Shown piece by piece: positions 1 to 12,633 of a DNA stretch of 64,000 nt. The position numbers and the translations under genes are program-made. Each line of letters starts with the position of its first letter. Within the stretch, counting starts at the first letter, position 1. The stretch lies in NCBI GenBank assembly GCA_964016885.1, contig OZ024743.1:60264001-60328000 (forward strand), written 5' to 3'. This DNA comes from Eledone cirrhosa (Eukaryota). Below the pieces are notes generated by a model. The model was not told the origin of the DNA. It saw only the letters and a program-made list of their open reading frames with translations, and did not search any database.

Positions 1-279
1 TAGAATCGGACGTGAGCAGAGCAGTGATAAAGAAAATTAAGCAATTCCCGGTAATAATGCTATGGTTCGGGAGATGTCTAAGGTAACAATGCTGTTCCAG
101 AAGATATGTGGCCAACGTATTCCCCGGGAGAAAAAGGACAGCTTTATCAATGATGAAACACATCATAGCTTGTTGGGGATGTTTCCCCTTTGCTGATAGG
201 ATCGTACATCACACTGTTTTGCACAAACGAATTTTGACCAACATCCATAGAGTACATCATTGTATTAGATGAATGAATG

Positions 280-1000
280 TTCCTAGACGTAGCTATGTCT
301 ACTAGCCGGGTAAGGATGACCAGCTGGAAAAGTTGTGTCAGAGATGTTTTAAATATGTAACCACACAGCAGCTACACAATTAATAACCACCAAAACCTTG
401 CTCAAAACAGGAAACACCATGGTCACGCATTTACATTGATTTTGCTGGTCCAATCAACGATCAAAATTTCTTAATCTTTGTTGAGGCTTACAGTAATTAC
501 TAGATGGTTTCATCTTGAGAGAAACCACTACAATATCCACAAGTGTATGATCCAGACATATATACCCGATTTTCGGTTACCCAGAGATTATATTATAAGA
601 CAGCGGCACACAGTTCATGTCTCATCTGTTCAGCAATATCCCACGAAGCCTAGGAGTCGCGCACCACACCTCAGCACTTTTTCACTATCTATCGAACAGG
701 CGGAATGCTTCGTGACAAATTAAAACGAGCATCCACAAAGTCAAAGGTGGAAGAGACGACGGCGCAAATCTTAAAAGAATTTCAACTAAACTACTAAACC
801 TACAATGCCCAGACAATCACTTTCCTGCTGAAGTAATGGTGATGAAAGTGTTACGGTTAACTCAAGATGCAATTCGCCCAATATGTACGCACACATACGC
901 TCAACCTATGATAGGAATAAAAACATTGTTCCAACCTAATAGTCGAGTACTTATAATATATTATGACCTGATCATCGACATTCGATTGTTGGAATTGTCT
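280..1000 (+). pseudogene. Degenerate Ty3/Gypsy LTR-retrotransposon integrase fragment
   Basis: From 411 reads ETPWSRIYIDFAGPINDQNFLIFVEAYSNY (Gypsy PWSRIHIDFAGP...VDAYSKW motif). Upstream RSYVY*PGKDDQLEKLCQRC (zinc-binding end) and downstream QAECFV..KRA remnants. Many stops and frameshifts. Confidence 0.8.
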
Positions 1001-2648
1001 TTAAAAGCAGCTGACAAGCCATCTACACTAACCAGGTGTTTTCACTAACGTCAAATGACATACTAATCAACTACGTCCAACATATTACTCGGCATGCCTC
1101 ACAGAAGAACATTCACTATACTTTAATAATCTGATGGACCCTTTGGATTTGAAGACGCCAACCACTGAAGTCACTATTCCATCTACATCAAATACGATAA
1201 TCAAAAACTAGAAACAAGATTTTGAACCAATTCCATCAGAAAGAAAATGCTTCCATTCCAAGTCTATCCACGGTGAGAGACTTACAACAAGCATCCCAAA
1301 CGTGGAGGTATCAGGAAGGTCAGATTCTTAAGCATAATGTGTCCATCACCAAAAGGAAATGCAGAAATCTTCTTTTCTACGATAATTAGCCCCAATATAT
1401 GTTGGGAACATGTGTTTATACATGAATCGTCAATGTCCGCAGGTGATCAGCCCGCCAGCATGAAGTTTTTTTATCTGGCCCATTTCAGACAATAAAGAAT
1501 ATAACTATCCGTTGTAGGGACATTCACTTCAGCGTTTTAGATTGATGTGATGCAAAAACGTTTTGCATACGGCTATCTGAATGTTTCCTTCCTTATCACT
1601 AAGGGATTTAGCAGAAACATATTACATACATTAACTAAATGAAATTCATAATTACGATCTTCTGTAACTATTTAATATAACATTGATAATTGGATCCTAT
1701 AATACATATCTATTTCTCTTGTTTCCAATATTACTACGTTATGTTTTCCTTCTGCCTAAATCAGAAACCATTATTACAACACCATGAGAGAGATGGATTG
1801 AGAGAATCAATACAGAGGCGGAAAAATTCTTTGCCGCATTTGTTCCAGCATTTTACATTCTAAATTCTTTACCTTTCCACTTTCCGGAATCGGTAAAATA
1901 AAATACCTTACAAGTACTGGGATCATGACTATTCGTTTCTCCTAAAATATCTTGCCATGTCCATATTTTAGAATCCATTGTTATAGCACTATAAGTTGTA
2001 TTCGAAAGTCCATTACACTATATTTAATAAATGAATGTAATATTAGTCTGAATAGTTTAATTGTTAACATCGTTTGCGAATAGTTCTAAGTCATTTATCA
2101 GAGAAGTGGGTTTTCATTTTGATACCTATCGTCGATAATATATATCCCTAACAATAATAGATGTTATGTTAAATTTACCATGCATACCGCAATAACCAAT
2201 TAAACTGAAGACCACTTCTTTTGAATTTGCTTCTTTCGTCGTTTTTTGACGAATAACATCATTTCAGATGAATTAACTGCGAAGGCTTTCACAGTAAATT
2301 GATAATGGACATAAACAGAAAGTTGAGATAAAACAAATGAAAAAGATGGGGTCCACTGAGATTTTCATTTACACATTTCCTTTGTAGTCCCTTCTCATCC
2401 CTACAATACCTACTAGAATTTCGATTATATACAATCATACTGTGCACCTTTTAGAAATCGATTCAAATCATTGCAAGATAATTGTTTGTGTCGTATTGAT
2501 TTATCTATTCGTCCGTAATTACAATTTAGTAACTTTTGTGGTTTCTGCAGCGTACACACATCTTTACATGTAATAAATCTTGGTTATTGACACTATTAAA
2601 CATATAAGAAAAAGAAATAATACTAATAATAACAATAATGATAAACAT

Positions 2649-3020
2649 TCTTTTCATTTATTGGCCACAAGGGCCGACATATATGGGACAATACAAAGAC
2701 AGAGACAGTGGAAGTTTACAATAAAATCGAGTAAAAGAAAACTTAACAAAAACTATTAGTTGTAAAAATAAAACAAAATAAATTCCGCAATAGGGGGGAG
2801 AACCACCCACGGGCGACTCAGGTACCTACCAATCCTAAACCACCAGAGGCTTCGAGGACACCCGGGAATGGCACACGAGTCTCCTCAATTTAACAAGCCT
2901 ACAGGCGCATGCTCAGTGTAGGCCAATTCACACCTGCCATTCTCGCTACATTCACCCACCTATTACTGGGGAGCAGCACTTCTATCTCTACCCTCACCCT
3001 CCTTTCCAAAAATCAGGAAA
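2649..3020 (-). mobile_element. 5'-truncated 3' end of an L1/Tx1-clade LINE related to the 22.6-29.1 kb element
   Basis: Reverse strand reads ERRVRVEIEVLLPSNRWVNVARMAGVNWPTLSMRL*, matching the ORF2 C-terminus at 28.1-28.2 kb. Followed by a T-rich 3'UTR ending ...gtccc...gcccttgtggccAATAAA, like 29110-29145. Confidence 0.8.
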
Positions 3021-3024
3021 TATG

Positions 3025-4480
3025 AGCAACGTACAAACCAATTCATCCAAAATATGTATGTTCCAGTTAAACCAGAAAAAAATATATGGCAAACTGAATG
3101 GAAACATGAGACAGGATGCTGCAAAACCGGATGTAAAAAACAAACAAAATATTCAGGGGATATATATGGGACAGACATGTTGAATATAATAGGAATGCTG
3201 AATGGTAACAAGCAGTGTAGCAGGAGTTACAAGGTGTACGGTAACAAGAAAATCTGATAGTGACACGTGACAATGTGACAAATCAGATGAAGCGAATGCC
3301 GAAATGGAAGGCAAGAGGTCCTGATGGAATGCATGGATACTGGTTAAAGAAATTTAGGAGTGCTCTTAAACAGATCACAAAGCAGCTCACAGGAATTGTA
3401 GCAAATAAGAATGTACCAAGATGGATGACCAAAGGTAAGACATGGCATAACCAAACGAATGAAATTGTAATTTAGTTTCCAATTATAGGCCAATAACTTG
3501 CTTGCCGATGATGAGGAAATTGTTAACAGGAGTGATTGCAGAGGAGTTGTATATGCACAGAGACAGAGGGGTGTTTTCCAGTAGAGCAGAAAGGCTGTAA
3601 AAATAGTCGAGCCACAGAAGACCAGTGGCTAGTAGTAAAATTGTGTTTAAAAACTATAGAAAAGGGATGACAAATTTACGTGTGACGGTCACTTAAAATT
3701 GGGATACAGAGGGTTTGATTATGGCAACCCAGGGCCAGGTAATAAGAACTAACTGGATGAAAGCGAATTTGAACATGGTGATCACAAAATTCTGTGGTAT
3801 TTTACAATACAAACGGACGCATATAAATATTGATCACAACACACCGAACATAGTACTGATAATAAAGAAAGAAAATAAATGTTTTATTATAGATGTGTCA
3901 TACCCCTTTGACACGAGAATAAACGATAACAAAGAAAAGAAAAACTACTACAACGATCTTATATATGAAGTTTTGAATATATGGAGGGGTGAAGTAAATA
4001 AGGTAATAATTGTTTCTACTTTTGGCACAAGGCCAGCAATTGCCCAGTGTATTACTGGTACTTTATTTTATCGACCCCGTAAGGATGAAAGGCAAAGTTA
4101 ACCTCGGCGGGATTTGAACTCAGAATGGCAAGGGCCGTAACTCTATGCGTCAAAGCGTGGCGTCCGACCCTCTACCGATACTGCCAATTCACCGCCATTA
4201 AATAAGGTAATAATAGTACCTATAATTATAGGAGCCATGGAACGTGTAGCAGACAATCTTACCAGAAATTTGTAATAAATTGGATCTGATCTGTACAAAA
4301 AACATGCCTACTTGGTTCTGTCAGAATAATTAGAAAAGTGATGGATACAATGTAGAAGAGTAAAAAGCAAATCTTATCACCTTCAGCTCCGAGATGAAGC
4401 CTGGTGGTATGAAGAAAAATGCGGGTAGTTAACATCAACATTATGCAATGATAAAGATTAATAATAATATTTATTATGCA
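3025..4480 (+). mobile_element. Internally deleted R4/Dong-clade (restriction-like endonuclease) non-LTR retrotransposon remnant
   Basis: [35 protein letters not shown] and EQKGC early-RT motifs. Jumps to DTEGLIMATQGQ and an RLE-like DHNTPNIVL..CFIIDVSYPFD..KEKK..DL..VIIVPIIIGA. TAA-rich tail. Confidence 0.75.
4011..4198 (-). mobile_element. tRNA-derived SINE with 16-bp TSD
   Basis: Reverse complement of the SINE at 31030 (ggcggtgaattggcag...gagttcaaatcccgccgagg...cctttcatccttacggggtcgataaaataaagtaccag...agtagaaaca). TSD taaataaggtaataat at 3995-4010 and 4199-4214. Confidence 0.9.
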
Positions 4481-4616
4481 ATGATAAACATTAATAATAA
4501 TATTTATAATTCTGGTTTCAGATTGAGGCACAATACTGGTAATTTCGATTATCTCATTTGGGCATGTCTTTAACTGGATTTATCGTATCAATTGAGGGAA
4601 ACATTAAGCGAGTGTT

Positions 4617-4768
4617 AGCGGTGAATTAGCAGAGTCGTTAGAACGTCGGATAGAATGGTTTATGTTATCTGTTCCGGCTCTCTGAGTTCAAATCCTGCCG
4701 AGATCAACTTTCCCTTTCATCTTTTCGAGGTCGTTAAAAAAAGTACCAATCTTGTCCTGGGGTCGATT
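4617..4768 (+). mobile_element. Diverged copy of the same tRNA-SINE family
   Basis: A-box-like gcggtgaattagcagagtcg, B-box gagttcaaatcc, then ccctttcatcttttcgaggtcgttaaaaaaagtacca. Confidence 0.8.
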
Positions 4769-6035
4769 CTTCTTCTATATGTCTTTCTTATTTCCTCTCT
4801 CTTAGTTTCTATCTTTTCTGGAAGAAATCTGCTGTACTGGAGAGTGCTAGGCTCCGCCGGGAAAAAATGCACAGGAAACGCCGTATGTCAATACGGCACC
4901 TCCACGACTCTATCAGGAGTTACCGGAAAATACATACATAACGTTTCCAGTATTTGTTGGTGCTTTTCTCGATTTATTTGAAAAACCTCTCTAACCATGT
5001 GTTATTGTGGCAGTGGGTTGTGTTAGTAAATATGTTATGCAGGACTTTTCATGATAATCATTGACACAATCTATGTGTGTTTAAGAACCATTTGGTATAT
5101 TATAGGTAGCGGCTTTCAAGCTATTATTATTATGTGTTGGAACGTTATAACAGTATATAAACTAAAGTACTTTTTCATCACCATTTGCTACTCAAGTTGA
5201 ACAGTATTTATTCAATTGTTATGCGTGATCAGATATATAATGAAGATCTAGCATACAATCATCGTTGTAGGACGCCAGTTCTGACTGGCTGAACACATCG
5301 TACTGCTCCCAAGCAAACAAGAATGCAAATTGGCAATTTAGTGAGCTTCATCATAAGATAACCGGAAATGAGTCATTCCCAAGAAGACATGGCGCAGAAC
5401 GTTTTCATATCACGTACTGGTAGATATGGAAACGATAGCAAATTATCGATTCGACTGGTGAATTCTTGATGCCTGATACGTCAAACTACTCGGAAATACT
5501 TAAAATTATAAAACTAAAGCTACACGTAAAGACAATACCGATCTACAAACATGTGTAATGAAGGTGGTATGTACTAAGAACGCACAAGTACATTTCGATG
5601 AAAGGCTTTTAATATGGTGTTTTGGGCTTGTATATATTTGCTTCAATGCTTGGTATACAGCTGAGATTAGTCTCTACAACAGTGATACTCTACTAAGCGT
5701 ATTTTCAAATTGAAGAATTGTAAATATCGGCAATGGAGGAATTGAGGAGGAATCCAAACTGGGAAAGATTGGGTATATTAAGTAGATATCAAATGAAATA
5801 CGAATATACCCAACAACTGAGGGTAATCACAAATTAACAGTTCACCAAAAAATTGTGCTTGAAACTTAATACAGTTTAAGACGAACAATTATTGGAATTT
5901 GTTAAATCTGCACATGATAATATAGCGTTCGCATGAAGGATTACTAGATGACAATTAAAAATGTGGATAAGTCGAGGAAACCTGGAATTGCAAGGAGAGG
6001 AACGTTAGCATATAGAACCACTCTTCTATATAATA

Positions 6036-7725
6036 CTAGCAGTAAAGCCCGGCGTTGCTCGGGGTCGCTCAGTAGCTGTGTTAAAGTTACAATGTTAAGT
6101 TTCTTTCTTGGCTTAAAAACTGTAGTGTCTACTGTGCAGACTTGCATGTGGTGTTTTTGATTAATATTCCCTCAACCAACAATATGCCTTATGAAGTTAA
6201 GAAAACATAACGATAACCCGAATGTTATAACAAAAGAGGATGCTGGGGATAGAAACTGCACTGGTTATTTATTAACAAAGATCGAAAATGTAAACACTGC
6301 AACGCAGAGAAAAACATTAGCGTAACCAAATTATCAGTTATGTCTGTCTGCACGCCTATATCACCTCTCTGCACGAATGTCTGTCTGCACGCCTATATCA
6401 CCTCTCTGCACGACTGTCTGTCTGCACGCCTATATCACCTCTCTGCACGACTGTCTGTCTGCACGCCTATATCACCTCTCTGCACGACTGTCTGTGTGCA
6501 CGCGTATATCACCTCTCTGCACGACTGTCTGTCTGCACGACTGTCTGTCTGCACACCTAACGACGAAATATTTGCTTGTTTTACGTAGTCTTTAAATAGA
6601 CTTGTTTTCAAGTAAAAATATTGTTTTAAAATGCTTTTAAATGGAAATGAAGCGTGTTTTTGATTAATATTCCCTCAACCAACAATATGCCTTATGAAGT
6701 TAAGAAAACATAACGATAACCCGAATGTTATAACAAAAGAGGATGCTGGGGATAGAAACTGCACTGGTTATTTATTAACAAAGATCGAAAATGTAAACAC
6801 TGCAACGCAGAGAAAAACATTAGCGTAACCAAATTATCAGTTACTAGCAGTAAAGCCCGGTGTTGCTCGGGGTCACTCAGTAGCTGTGTTAAAGTTACAA
6901 TGTTAAGTTTCTTTTTTGGCTAAAAAACTGTAGCGTCTACTGTGCAGACTTGCATGTGGTGTTTTTGATTAATATTCCCTCAACCAACAATATGCCTTAT
7001 GAAGTTAAGAAAACATAACGATAACCCGAATGTTATAACAAAAGAGGATGCTGGGGATAAAAACTGCACTGGTTATTTATTAACAAAGATCGAAAATGTA
7101 AACACTGCAACGCAGAGAAAAACATTAGCGTAACCAAATTATCAGTTATGTCTGTCTGCACGCCTATATCACCTCTCTGCACGACTGTCTGTCTGCACGC
7201 CTATATCACCTCTCTGCACGCCTATATCACCTCTCTGCACGAATGTCTGTCTGCACGCGTATATCACCTCTCTGCACGACTGTCTGTCTGCACGCCTAAC
7301 GACGAAATATTTGCTTGTTTTACGTAGTCTTTAAATAGACTTGTTTTCAAGTAAAAATATTGTTTTAAAATGCTTTTAAATGGAAATGAAGCAAAACGAA
7401 AGCTTAGTGTTCGAACTGATGAATTTTGCAGGTCAATATTTTGCTGGCTCGACAACTGTTAAAGCCAGCGTAATTTTTTACGTAAGACGCTCAATGTAAA
7501 CAGAACAAAGGGAAATAACTGATAACTTACGCTCAAAAATCGATACATTATATTCGATTTCGTCACATAGGGTGAGTCAATTTGAAATTTTTTTGTTCCG
7601 ATGTCTTCGCTAGGGCTCAATGTACAAGTATAGCAATTTCGGTGCAATTCCGCGAGAGATTCTAAGAGGAGATGTGTGCCAAAAATCGATAGACAGACAG
7701 ACAACCACAGTTTTATATATATAGA
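6036..7725 (-). mobile_element. Compound non-autonomous Helitron (complete 6844-7725 plus duplicated 3' modules 6036-6843)
   Basis: Minus strand starts A|TCtatatatataaaac...(ctgt)n at 7725 and ends with a GC hairpin (cccgagcaacgccggg) followed by CTAG|T at 6036 and again at 6844. No TSD, A|T insertion site. Confidence 0.8.
6340..6556. repeat. 37-bp minisatellite inside the Helitron (second array at ~7149-7297)
   Basis: Tandem unit tgtctgtctgcacgcctatatcacctctctgcacgac. Confidence 0.9.
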
Positions 7726-9582
7726 TGTGTTGTATAATGTGTGTTCAGCTGAAAACTGATTCTTAATAAATGATAGGAAGGAATTTTCTAGCTATTCCTT
7801 CCTACATTTGCTTCAGCCTGCTATAATGTAGAACAATTAAATAAGTGTAATATTACTATTGATGTCGATCTTATTTATGTTTTTATAATGTCAGAATTTA
7901 TTTTAATTTATATTTGTTGGGAGTTGGAATATATACATATAATTGCCAAGAGTATTTCAGCGAAAGGGCTAAGATGTAGAAAATATGTGCCTAGCTTGTG
8001 GCTTCCAGGTGATTAAAAATGCAACATATTCCATACAACTGGAATCAATAATAATGATGTTACTTTCGTATCTTGAAGAAGTTCACAAAATAGATTATCT
8101 TTATAAAATGAAAATAAAGTAGCATTAATTAGTAAACACTTGTTTTTATTTATATTCAAATGGAAGTAATCTTATATGATTTTTTTTTTTAAATTTAAAA
8201 TCTTAATTAAATGAAACATACCTACGCATCACATACATAGACATAAACGCATGAACAGCGACCCACACTGACTAACACACACATAGACACAAACGCACTG
8301 ATATATACACTGACACACATTGGCACACATATATACAAACATGATTAACATTTGCAACTTGCAACTGATAATTTAACATCACTTGTATTAATCATTTACA
8401 ATTAAATGGAAAATGGATATACTCCCGAAGCTAAAGCTGTCCTTCACTAAGATAAGAAGTGTATGATTAATTCATGCTTAGAATTATATGCACTGAATTC
8501 TAGTTATATGTTATTCAATGAACATTATTTAATCTGAACGAAATTAGCAGTTCCTACTTTAGAGAAAATATTCTTAAAGCTACATTTAATAAAAATAAGT
8601 TTTAAAAAAATATCACAAGTAATGCTTCATACATGGACCTAAATTGACCGCCGGACAGCCACTTGCAGTTTTTCCATATTTCTTTGCCTTATTTGCGTTT
8701 TTCTTTTCATACATATCTAAGAAATTATTTAATAATAGATATACAGTATGTGCATTCTATCTCTCTCATTCACTTATTTCTCATTATATGTGTATATATC
8801 TATCTATGCATGTACATATGCATACATACTTATATTCATATATATATATATATATACATACATAGTTATATTCATATATATATATAAATACATATATACA
8901 TGCATACATGCATACATACATACTTTCTACATCTATACATACATATACATACATACATTTACTCATACATACAAACATAATTACATACACATTTATAAAT
9001 ATATACATGCATATACACACATATACATACATATATACAAAAGTATAGATATATACATACAAGAGAGTATACAGCAAAACGATTGATAACAAAAGTAAAA
9101 ATGTGTTTATGTCAAGCACTTCTCCCTATATTACAATAGTCATTCATAAGGGCATATATCCCCCCTTCATTTCTCACTGTAACCATACATGTACTCACAC
9201 ATACTCACACACAAACAGGATTTTTGATATATATAGATAAATAGATATATAGATATATACAAATTGAAAACATTTACATGATATAAGTAGTGAAGAAATA
9301 TATTCGTATCCAAACATCTACTCATTGTAAACCGAACATAGAAACGAGTAAATTATATGTTGCATACAAAATGAAAAATCGTTAAACCATTTTCCAAGCC
9401 TGGAAGCTCATCAGACCGGATCTTATACAAGTTACATTGACGTAAAGTGACTGAGAATATAAAACCGTTCCCTCGATGGGACGCCAGCCCGTCGCAAGGC
9501 TATATATATATATAAATACGAGAAGTCAAATGAAAAAAACAACAACACAGTTCAATAATGAAATATATTATTTTAACACTGG

Positions 9583-10800
9583 CTGTAGGAGGATAATTAT
9601 CTTAAAATTTTGAATGTTTGAATGTTATTCCTTCATAAGAAGATAGAATGATAGATAGATGAAGAAATTGGTGAGAAATTGTCTTCGATGGCTGCACAAA
9701 CAGTTTCCATGGGTATTTTCTCCCATACTTTATTCAGTTTTGATTTTAGAGTTTCAATATGTTGGCTAGGAGTATAGCAGGCTTCACTTTCAAGAATTGA
9801 CCATAAAGAAAAATCGAAAGGGTGGAGATCTGGTGATGTGGGAGGCCACACTTCCTTACTGATCCATGCAGGACAATGGTCTCTACATCATTGTTGTGTT
9901 ACGCGAGCAATGTGGCTCGTCGCTCCATCTTGTTGGAGAGTCCAAATGTGATCGCCATAAAGAGATGTGCACCATAGCATCAGTACTCCTTCCAAAATAT
10001 CCTTCATGTAAAGTTCTTTGTTAATTTTAACTCCACAAAAATTAGAGGAGACTTCCCTCTTTCAGAAATGACTGCCCAAACCATCACTGATGCTGGTGTC
10101 TGTGTTCTGAACACTTTTCAACACTTGAGAGAATTGATTTCAGACGTTTTGCAAGTACTCCATCATTTTGATGATTGTGAGACTGCTGCACAGTGAATAA
10201 ATTCTCATCTGTAAAGATGATGTTTTTCCACGTGCCATCCTTGATACGGTTCAATAACAGTTTACTTCTGGAGAGCTTCTTTTCAATTGTGGCTGCAGAA
10301 AGAAGCTGCATCTTTTTGGAACTTATAGGGTGACATCACCAGATCATCTCGACATGTCCTCCGCATAGTTCTCGGCGATGTTTCTGCTTCTGCCATTTTT
10401 CTCATGGACCTTTTTGGATTACGCCTTATTTTTTCCCTCACACTTTTAACGAGTTTTGGTGTTCTTGAGGTACGAGGGCGTCGGGATCGAAGTCTGTATT
10501 TGGTCGAGAAAGTTGCCTTAAATCGATCGATTGTCCATTTGATCAACATTCTATTGATCTTAAGAGTTTTTCCCAGTTTAAATATCTCGGGTGGAGTCAG
10601 GCCTTTTTCATCCTTCTCTATTATGAATTTTCTTTTCAATTCTATGGACATTACAAATTGTTAATGGCGTAATGTTATGAAAATTAGTTAATATGGTTAT
10701 AGTGCATGGATTTGATACAAATATATTAGTTATATTAGCAACATAATGTATTTTTAAAATTGATTTAAAACTTTGAAAGAGGAATTATGCCCAACCCTGT
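9583..10800 (-). mobile_element. Tc1/mariner (maT/DD37D-like) transposon with a frameshifted transposase pseudogene
   Basis: Three ORF pieces: HTH region (...RSRRPRTSRTPKLVKSVREKIRRNPKRSMRKMA), IIFTDENLFTVQQSHNHQND and WPPTSPDLHPFDFSLWSILE. Right end TA|cagggttgggcataatt on the minus strand. Left TIR degraded. Confidence 0.85.
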
Positions 10801-10876
10801 ATATTATCCTTATCAAGGCCTCTTCAGATTTTAGTCTTCATATTTATTATTATTACTATATATATATATATATATA

Positions 10877-10945
10877 GTTTCAGAAGATCCCGTTAAGGGT
10901 GAAAGCAGGGATTCTTTGCTTAAACTTTAATCTGTTATTTTAATA
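10877..10945 (+). repeat. Short element end embedded in (TA)n, with a second copy at ~21368-21433 (-)
   Basis: ttcagaagatcccgttaagggtgaaagcag...tttaatctgttattttaa matches the reverse complement of 21368-21433. Degenerate HHR-like CAGAAGA..GAAAG. Confidence 0.6.
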
Positions 10946-11316
10946 AATATATATATATATATATTATTCAGTTGAAGAAATTGTTTGATCAAAAAGGTTC
11001 TCCCGACGTTTTCTGTAACAGACGTGAAGCACTCACGGTTTGTCTTCCACAGTAAGTATCGTCCGGTGTTTTAGCATAATAAATAAGAGAGACGGTTTTA
11101 TTTGTATATCTTCATTTTAATATCTAGTTCGTTGTACGTATTTCGAAGATGTAAGGTAGTTATGTAATAACCACCTTACACGTTTTCATACCTCATAGCG
11201 ATCAATGGCAACATTATTTTCAGTCTTTAAAGTGTCATCATCCAAAATTATAAGCTATTTTATAGAATCTCTGCGCATTAGCCAGTCTTTCTTTATATTA
11301 TTATTAATAATAATTG

Positions 11317-11440
11317 TTGAGTTCAAATCCCTCCGAGGTTAACTTTGCCTTTCATCCTTACAGGGTCGATAAAATAAAGCACCAGTAATGCACTGGAGTC
11401 GATTTAATCGACTTTCCCCTCCCTAAAGTAGAAACAATTA
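11317..11440 (+). mobile_element. 5'-truncated tRNA-SINE
   Basis: gagttcaaatccctccgagg...gtcgataaaataaagcaccag...agtagaaaca, flanked by a ttattaataataatt duplication. Confidence 0.85.
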
Positions 11441-11454
11441 TTAATAATAATTAT

Positions 11455-11583
11455 TTCTAATTTTGGCACAAAGCCAGCTTTAACCCCAGTGTATTACTGG
11501 TACTTTATTTTATCGACCTCGTAAGGATGAAAGGCAAAGTTATCCTCGGCGGGATTTGAACTCAGATCATAAAGGGCCATAAC
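11455..11583 (-). mobile_element. tRNA-SINE, tail-to-tail with the previous copy
   Basis: ggcacaaagccagc...tactttattttatcgacctcgtaaggatgaaaggcaaag...gatttgaactcag. Confidence 0.85.
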
Positions 11584-12596
11584 AATCTAGAGGCCAAAGA
11601 TGCCTTCAGTCAAGAGATCAAAGAAGGATGATTACAAATTTTTGCTTGGATATAAGTCCTCCTTCTTGCACTTGCGGTACACGCATACACGAAAGGTTGC
11701 AATAGAGACAGTATAAGCGTCCAGAGTCAAGACATGCGAGAACTTTGGATTTAAGCTGGAATCCGCTATTTAAATGATAAGGTAACCTCGGTGAGATTCG
11801 AATTCACCGTATATTGAGCTGGAACATATACAGCAACTTATTATCCCTGATATTCTAAAAACTCTGCCAATTCGCCACCTTACGTCTCCCATAACCTCGT
11901 TTACAATACTATTTTCCTTCCACATTCTTTTAAACAAAAGTTATTTCTTGCAGCCATTAGATATGGAATCACCCGCATCTAAGCACCTGTGTCACTTCCT
12001 CGTTCACGCTCATTCTAATGCATTATCTTTCCCTCACACACATACACCCTCTTTCACTCGCTCATATATAAATGTGTGTGTGTATGTGTATGTATGTGTG
12101 TTTATTTGTGTTTATAGGTGTGTGGTATACATGCATGTTTACTTGAATGTTTGAGTGTGTATGAATGGTGAGAGAGATAGCGGGAAGAAAGGAAACTTAA
12201 AGAGAGAAACTTCAAGAAAAACTCGTTCATGTAGAAAACCCGAATTCTAGATAGCCTGAATGATCCTGCTATAGCATGTTTTACGACAATCTTCTTGAAA
12301 ACGGGTCCATCAACTGGAATATGTTTAACATTTGAAAATAAACACTACTGAATAAACCAGTCACCTTTTGTCATAACTGTGTGTTTTTTTTATGTGAATA
12401 ACATCAATAATGGAATGGACCTCCGTCAGCTTTGATGATGAACTTTCCCGTTGTTCTATATTTTAATTTTACTATTATATTCGTGCTTAATGTTTGACGA
12501 GGGGTGATTATTTTATTGTCATCTTTACTGTCAAAACACTGAGTTACACGATACAAACAAGCCGTAAACTTAAACACTGACACCCCCTACACACAT

Positions 12597-12632
<36 letters not shown>

Positions 12633-12633
<1 letters not shown>

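Noticed and set aside
5340-5960. Very old LINE-like remnant (similar traces at ~43480-43640 and ~49560-49770)
   Set aside because: Too degenerate to translate a convincing motif, so not listed as a feature.
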